Positions 27,004 to 32,000 of a stretch of 32,000 nt of DNA are shown here, one piece after another. Below the pieces are notes generated by a model that did no database searches, was not told the DNA's origin, and was given only the letters and a program-made list of their open reading frames with translations. The position numbers and the translations under genes are program-made. Within the stretch, counting starts at the first letter, position 1. Each line of letters opens with the position of its first letter. The DNA is taken from positions 780,001 through 812,000 of the forward strand of contig NC_017262.1 of NCBI RefSeq assembly GCF_000175255.2. The letters are read 5' to 3'. The DNA comes from Zymomonas mobilis subsp. mobilis ATCC 10988. Its GTDB lineage: Bacteria; Pseudomonadota; Alphaproteobacteria; Sphingomonadales; Sphingomonadaceae.

Positions 27004-27060
27004 TCACTCGGAATCTAATTTCTAAGATGATTTTTGCAAAACATTAAATTCTTCTTTTCT

Positions 27061-27096
27061 AAAGATGGCCTGATGATATCTATCAGGCCATCTTTT
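27061..27096 (+). terminator. Intrinsic terminator after the DUF2141 gene
   Basis: AAAGATGGCCTGAT-GATATCT-ATCAGGCCATCTTT forms a 14-bp perfect stem ending in TCTTTT. Confidence 0.8.
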
Positions 27097-27610
27097 AACC
27101 AAACAGCAATCAGGGAAGATAATCTTCCTTAGCCACAGCTCTGTTGTTTAAAATTTTAACCTCTGCCGAAGATCGCAAAAACGCATTGATCAGCAACAGG
27201 CGCCACAGACCGGCAGCAACGATCTTGCATTATCAAACCGCACCACAGCCCTAAATAGTCCAAAAGATACCCCGCCATGACAATAGGACAGGTATCATCC
27301 TTTTTGGGGATGATTGATTTGTGTAGGCTTTTATCTTTGTTTTAAGAGCTAATTTTATAGATCTTTTGATATGCTTAGAGAGCAAGCCCAAGCTGTAAAA
27401 AGATATAACTAAAATCACGACTGGGACCGGATTATACCGCCTAGGAACGCATTGTTTTTCTCTCAAACCGCCAGCTGCGTAAAAAAACGTTACCTAAGGC
27501 CTAGCTTCCATCAATAACACCGACCGCCCTCAATCAACAGAAAACGAACTTTAAAACATGTCTGATAGAAGGCGCGCTTTTAAAGGCCTACAAAAAATAA
27601 TTTCTAACCC

Positions 27611-27656
27611 AAAAAGCAGAGGTGGCTATCTCATTGAAGCCAATAACCACCCCTCG
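27611..27656 (-). terminator. Intrinsic terminator candidate of the M28 peptidase gene
   Basis: Minus strand reads GAGGGGTGG...(21-nt loop with internal GGCT/AGCC pairing)...CCACCTCTG followed by CTTTTTGGG. It starts ~15 nt after the stop codon. Confidence 0.55.
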
Positions 27657-27670
27657 ATGCGAATGCGTTT

Positions 27671-29332
27671 TTATTCTTTAGTGACAGTTTTGGTTTTAAA
27701 TTCTGAATTGGGCAGCCATTCCGGCTTTTGATCTGAAAAAGCCAAATGATGCCCCATCAGGTAAATCAGCTTCACATCCTCAGCCGCGCCCTCAAAATCA
27801 TCATTTTCAGTCCAACGGTCACAGGTCTGATGATAGCATTTCATATACCCAGATAGCCATTTTTCTCCAGCCGCCATGCCGCCCTCTCGAAGGTCATAGG
27901 CACCGGCCATCCCCATCATCAACAGAACTGGCACGCCTTTTCTAGCAAAGGGCAAATGATCAGCACGGAAAAATAAACCACGTTCCGGTAACAATTCGGC
28001 TTTTACAACCCGATTTTCTTCTTTCGCCGCAGCCGCCAAGTCATTTTCAAGGCTGTTTTGTCCGGCACCAATCAATAACACATCCTTTGAACGGCCAGCG
28101 GTTTGCAAAACATCAACCGTAAAATTGGCAACGGTTTTATCTAACGGGAATAAAGGATGCTCGGCATAATAGCTGGAACCTAAAATACCGCGTTCTTCAG
28201 CCGTCCATGATGCAAAAACCAATGTCCGATCAGGTTGATGCTCGGCCTTAAAGACGCGTGCCAATTCCAAAACCGCCGCGACACCAACACCATCATCAAT
28301 AGCACCAGAACGAATAGTGCGCCCTTGGCTATCGGGCGCTCCAATGCCATAGGCATCCCAATGCGCCCCAAACATAATAGTTTCGTCAGGTCGCTTAGCG
28401 CCTTTAATCTGGCCAAGAACGTTATAGCTGGTGATATTTTGATAGCTTACCGGCAGGCTAGCTGAAAAAACGCTGCCTTTTAACGATACAGGCTGGAATG
28501 ATTTTTGCCGTGCCTGTTTTTTCAGGCTATCCAAATCAAAACCGGATTTTGCAAAAATATCCTGCGCCGCCGCTTGGGATAGCCATCCCTGCAAGGCTAC
28601 GGGCTTATCTTTGTCTCCCCGAATAATATCATAGCCCTCACCCGCAGGAGCGATAACCGTATCCCATCCATAACCAGCCCCTTGACTGTCATGAATAATC
28701 AAAGCGCCAACAGCCCCTCTTCTGGCAGCTTCTTCAAATTTATAGGTCCAACGGCCATAATAGGTCATAGAACGACCACCAAATTTTTCAAAAGCATCGT
28801 CACCAGATACTGCCGAAAAATCGGGATCATTGATTAAGAAGACAGCAATTTTGCCTTTCAGATCAACGCCTTTAAAATCATCCCACCCCCGTTCGGGGGC
28901 AGAAACACCATAACCGACAAAAACCAGCGGCACTTTATTCAGGGCAATTCTGTTTACAGGCCGTAAGCTGGCAAGATAAATATCTTTATCCGACTGTAAC
29001 GGCCTTTTCCCTTGCTGGGTGGTTATCTCCAACCGATCTGCTTTGCCCAGTCGGGTGTGAACCAAGGGGACAGCTTGCGTCCACCCACCTTTATCTCCGG
29101 CAGGCTCCAACCCCAAAGACTGATATTGCTTGATTAACCAGGCAACTGTCTTTTTCTCGCCCTGACTTCCCGGCGCACGGCCTTCAAAATAGTCAGAGGC
29201 AATAACCTTCACGGTATCCGATAGACGGCTGGCCTCAATCGGCCATGACGCTTGCCCCAAAATCGGTGGCGGGACAGCCGCCGCCGGAACAACAGCGGCC
29301 ATCGCCAAAAGGCCAATTATTGTCTTTTTCAT
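27671..29332 (-). CDS. Secreted M28-family metallo-aminopeptidase with a PA domain (553 aa from the ATG at 29332)
   Basis: Signal peptide MKKTIIGLLAMAAVVPAAA. M28 metal-ligand motifs FGAHWDAYG, DDGVGVAAVLELARVF and SWTAEERGILGSSYY. GGGGGAAG RBS directly upstream of 29332. Confidence 0.9.
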   Translation of the reverse strand: MKKTIIGLLAMAAVVPAAAVPPPILGQASWPIEASRLSDTVKVIASDYFEGRAPGSQGEKKTVAWLIKQYQSLGLEPAGDKGGWTQAVPLVHTRLGKADRLEITTQQGKRPLQSDKDIYLASLRPVNRIALNKVPLVFVGYGVSAPERGWDDFKGVDLKGKIAVFLINDPDFSAVSGDDAFEKFGGRSMTYYGRWTYKFEEAARRGAVGALIIHDSQGAGYGWDTVIAPAGEGYDIIRGDKDKPVALQGWLSQAAAQDIFAKSGFDLDSLKKQARQKSFQPVSLKGSVFSASLPVSYQNITSYNVLGQIKGAKRPDETIMFGAHWDAYGIGAPDSQGRTIRSGAIDDGVGVAAVLELARVFKAEHQPDRTLVFASWTAEERGILGSSYYAEHPLFPLDKTVANFTVDVLQTAGRSKDVLLIGAGQNSLENDLAAAAKEENRVVKAELLPERGLFFRADHLPFARKGVPVLLMMGMAGAYDLREGGMAAGEKWLSGYMKCYHQTCDRWTENDDFEGAAEDVKLIYLMGHHLAFSDQKPEWLPNSEFKTKTVTKE

Positions 29333-29366
29333 CTTCCCCCCCATTCAAAAATCACGCTCTAAAAAA

Positions 29367-30959
29367 TTAAGGCGTCAGCACCGTATCAACGGCAACCGGC
29401 AAAGTGTCAGGATAATCCAGATTGAAATGCAGCCCACGGCTTTCCTTACGGCTCAAGGCACAGCGCACCACCAGACCCGCGACATCAATCAAGTTACGCA
29501 ACTCGATCAATTCAGGCGAAACATGGAAATTGCCGTAATAATCAGCAATTTCATGCGCCAAATTATCGAGACGATGACGAGCGCGCATTAACCGCTTGTT
29601 GGAACGGACAATACCGACATAGTCCCACATAGCGCGCCGGATTTCATGCCAGTTATGTTGCACCACAATTTCTTCATCGGAATTGGTAACTCGACTGTCA
29701 TCCCAAGGGCGAACCGCCGGAGGCTCTGACAGATTATCCCAATTTTCAGTAATATGACGAGCAGCGGCTTCACCAAAAACCAAACATTCCAGCAAAGAAT
29801 TACTGGCGAGACGATTGGCTCCGTGCAATCCTGATTGCGCGACCTCACCAATGGCATAAAGGCCGGGTAAATCCGTCCGTCCATTGATATCAGTCAGCAC
29901 ACCACCACAGGTATAATGCATCGCAGGCACAACCGGAATCGGCTGGGTCGTAATATCAATACCCTGCTCTAACAGATGGGCGCGAATGGTCGGGAAATGC
30001 TGTTCAATGAATTCAGCCGGACGATGGCTAATATCCAGATAAACGTAATTCAGACCTAAACGCTTGATTTCATGGTCAATGGCACGTGCGACAATATCAC
30101 GGGGAGCCAATTCATTGCGATCATCAAAATCGGGCATAAAGCGATGACCATCGGTCGGAATTTTAAGCTGTCCTCCCTCTCCGCGCATCGCTTCGGTAAT
30201 CAGAAAATGGGTGCCTTCAGGATTATAGAGGGCAGTCGGATGGAATTGGTTAAATTCCAGATTAGATACCCGCGCCCCAGCCCGCCAAGCCATCGCGATA
30301 CCATCACCGGTCGCGCCTTTTGGTGCCGTTGAATGTTGGTAAACTTGTCCCGCGCCACCTGTTGCCAAAATAGTGGCACGGCCTAAAAAGCGCTGAACCT
30401 TTCCATTCCAGGAATTATAGGCATAGACCCCGTGAATATCGCGGCTATCGGAAGAATCCTGACAATGGCGACCGGATATCAGATCAATGGCTGCCATATC
30501 GGGAATTAAACGAATACGAGGATGGGCATGTGCCGCTTTTTGTAAAGCCTTCTGCACCGCCAATCCGGTCGCATCGTCAACATGGACAATACGGCGATGA
30601 CTATGCCCCCCTTCACGGGTCAGATGCCATCTTTCGCCGAATTGATTTCCCGGATTAAAAGGGACACCGATTTCAGCCAAATGCTCAATGGCTTCCGGCG
30701 CATGTTCTACCACATATTCAACCGTGGAACGGCGATTCAACCCAGCCCCTGCGGTAAAGGTATCCTTGATATGGTTTTCAAAATTATCACCCGCATCCAA
30801 GACGGCGGCAATACCCCCCTGTGCCTTTGCGGTTGATCCGTCAGAAATCGACCCTTTGGCCAAAACGGCCACATCAAAACGGTCAGCCAGATGCAAGGCG
30901 GCGGTTAATCCGGCCGCACCAGACCCGACGATAACGACGTCGAAAATTTTGTCACTCAT
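29367..30959 (-). CDS. nadB: L-aspartate oxidase NadB (530 aa)
   Basis: FAD-binding DVVIVGSGAAGL, plus FHPT, RGEGG and YTCGGV motifs of the NadB / succinate dehydrogenase flavoprotein family. Length and C-terminus fit NadB. Confidence 0.95.
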   Translation of the reverse strand: MSDKIFDVVIVGSGAAGLTAALHLADRFDVAVLAKGSISDGSTAKAQGGIAAVLDAGDNFENHIKDTFTAGAGLNRRSTVEYVVEHAPEAIEHLAEIGVPFNPGNQFGERWHLTREGGHSHRRIVHVDDATGLAVQKALQKAAHAHPRIRLIPDMAAIDLISGRHCQDSSDSRDIHGVYAYNSWNGKVQRFLGRATILATGGAGQVYQHSTAPKGATGDGIAMAWRAGARVSNLEFNQFHPTALYNPEGTHFLITEAMRGEGGQLKIPTDGHRFMPDFDDRNELAPRDIVARAIDHEIKRLGLNYVYLDISHRPAEFIEQHFPTIRAHLLEQGIDITTQPIPVVPAMHYTCGGVLTDINGRTDLPGLYAIGEVAQSGLHGANRLASNSLLECLVFGEAAARHITENWDNLSEPPAVRPWDDSRVTNSDEEIVVQHNWHEIRRAMWDYVGIVRSNKRLMRARHRLDNLAHEIADYYGNFHVSPELIELRNLIDVAGLVVRCALSRKESRGLHFNLDYPDTLPVAVDTVLTP

Positions 30960-31023
30960 AAGGTCAAAAGACCTCCATTCCTGATGCCGATTTTTCCCAA
31001 ACTCAAAGCTCGAAAAAAACCAA

Positions 31024-31983
31024 CTATGTTAACGATGCCTCTGGATTATTTTTGGTCAATCTCAAAAAGACATCTTCCAGATCGGCTTCGTGGGTCGACA
31101 CATCGACAATAGCCAATCCGGCCTGTTCAATGACCGTCAATATATCACCGGCGGTAATCTTCTTCTTGTCATAGCGAATATGCAAGCGGGTCGGATTAAC
31201 CATTTCGGCGGAAACATCATGATGATAGCGGGCTAACCAATCAGAGACATCAGAAGGCAAAACCTCCATCGGCTGGCGCAAAACAACATCCATGCTTTTA
31301 TCGCCTGCCATGTCCAAAAGCTCGCGGGTCGGCTGATCCGTTACCAAATGGCCATGATTGATAATGGCGATCCGGTCGCATAATTGCTCGGCTTCTTCGA
31401 GATAATGGGTCGTCAAAACAATCGTGACCCCTTGGTCATTCAGTTTTTTGACATAAGACCAAAGCTGTTGCCGCAATTCGATATCGACACCGGCCGTTGG
31501 CTCATCCAAGACCAGAACCGGCGGCGAAGCCACCATGGCTTTTGCGACCAATAAACGGCGCTTCATACCACCGGATAAAGAACGGGCATGGGAAAAGGCT
31601 TTATCCTCCAAATGCACCGCTTCCAAAAGCTCCATCGTCCGGCGCTTATGCTTCGGAATCCCGAAAAGACCGGCATAGACTTCCAGCGTTTCAAAAGGGG
31701 TAAAGAAAGGATCAAAGAATATTTCCTGCGGCACAATCCCGATAGAGGCGCGGGCATTTAACGGGTCTTGGTCAATATCGAAACCCCAGATAGAAACCCG
31801 ACCAGCAGTTTTTCTGACAAGACCTGCCAGAACATTGATGGTTGTTGATTTTCCGGCACCATTCGGGCCCAACAAACCATAAATGGAACCACGCGGTATC
31901 CTCAGGTTAAGATCAGTGACGGCTTGTTTCCCGCCCTGATAGACTTTGGATAACCCTTCGATCAGAATAGCCGCTTCGCTCAT
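31024..31983 (-). CDS. ABC transporter ATP-binding protein, ABC-2/YadG-like exporter type (319 aa from the ATG at 31983)
   Basis: Walker A GPNGAGKST, signature LSGGMKRR, Walker B LVLDEPTAG and H-loop TTHY. GGCGGGGGA RBS before 31983. The upstream region lies outside the window. Confidence 0.92.
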   Translation of the reverse strand: MSEAAILIEGLSKVYQGGKQAVTDLNLRIPRGSIYGLLGPNGAGKSTTINVLAGLVRKTAGRVSIWGFDIDQDPLNARASIGIVPQEIFFDPFFTPFETLEVYAGLFGIPKHKRRTMELLEAVHLEDKAFSHARSLSGGMKRRLLVAKAMVASPPVLVLDEPTAGVDIELRQQLWSYVKKLNDQGVTIVLTTHYLEEAEQLCDRIAIINHGHLVTDQPTRELLDMAGDKSMDVVLRQPMEVLPSDVSDWLARYHHDVSAEMVNPTRLHIRYDKKKITAGDILTVIEQAGLAIVDVSTHEADLEDVFLRLTKNNPEASLT

Positions 31984-32000
31984 TCCCCCGCCTTTCAACA

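Noticed and set aside
31024-32000. The ABC ATPase appears orphaned because it is followed by nadB rather than a permease gene.
   Set aside because: This cannot be judged. The region upstream of the ATPase, where a permease could lie, is outside the window.

Overview
This window reads as core chromosome of an alphaproteobacterium, almost certainly Zymomonas mobilis. The gap, pgk, tkt and pyk products, and the ~300 bp upstream of gap, match what I remember of Z. mobilis sequences, including the widely used Pgap fragment. This is recall, not a search. Gene order, left to right: pgk (partial, minus strand, open to position 1 and so missing from the ORF track) <- gap <- tkt; divergent DUF4164/ZauP-like -> NTF2-like -> zapA -> 6S RNA; thiC (minus) with a clear TPP riboswitch; a TonB-dependent receptor -> Tat-signal GlpQ operon; pal <- tolB <- tolA <- tolR <- tolQ <- ybgC <- ruvB; a plus-strand pair (2-hydroxyacid dehydrogenase, small TraD/MobC-like protein) separating ruvB from ruvA <- ruvC <- yebC; gapR-like DUF2312; pyk; GNAT; trmB; an atypical DUF2141 protein; a ~0.5 kb unexplained spacer; M28 peptidase <- nadB <- ABC ATPase. 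Reading the non-ORF sequence gave a 6S RNA, a TPP riboswitch, the gap-pgk intergenic stem-loop and several intrinsic terminators. I found no CRISPR array, IS element, integrase, tRNA/rRNA gene or recognisable defence system. The window is mostly housekeeping, so I do not claim a clearly novel system. The leads most worth follow-up are: (1) the orphan spacer at 27.1-27.6 kb between convergent terminators, which has overlapping small hydrophobic ORFs; (2) the opposite-strand insertion splitting ruvA from ruvB, which carries an orphan TraD/MobC-like protein; (3) the TonB receptor + Tat-GlpQ pair; (4) the DUF2141 protein with a long Ser/Thr-rich N-terminal extension. All functional calls rest on motif recognition from the translations and on my own reading of the DNA. 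No database search was possible.
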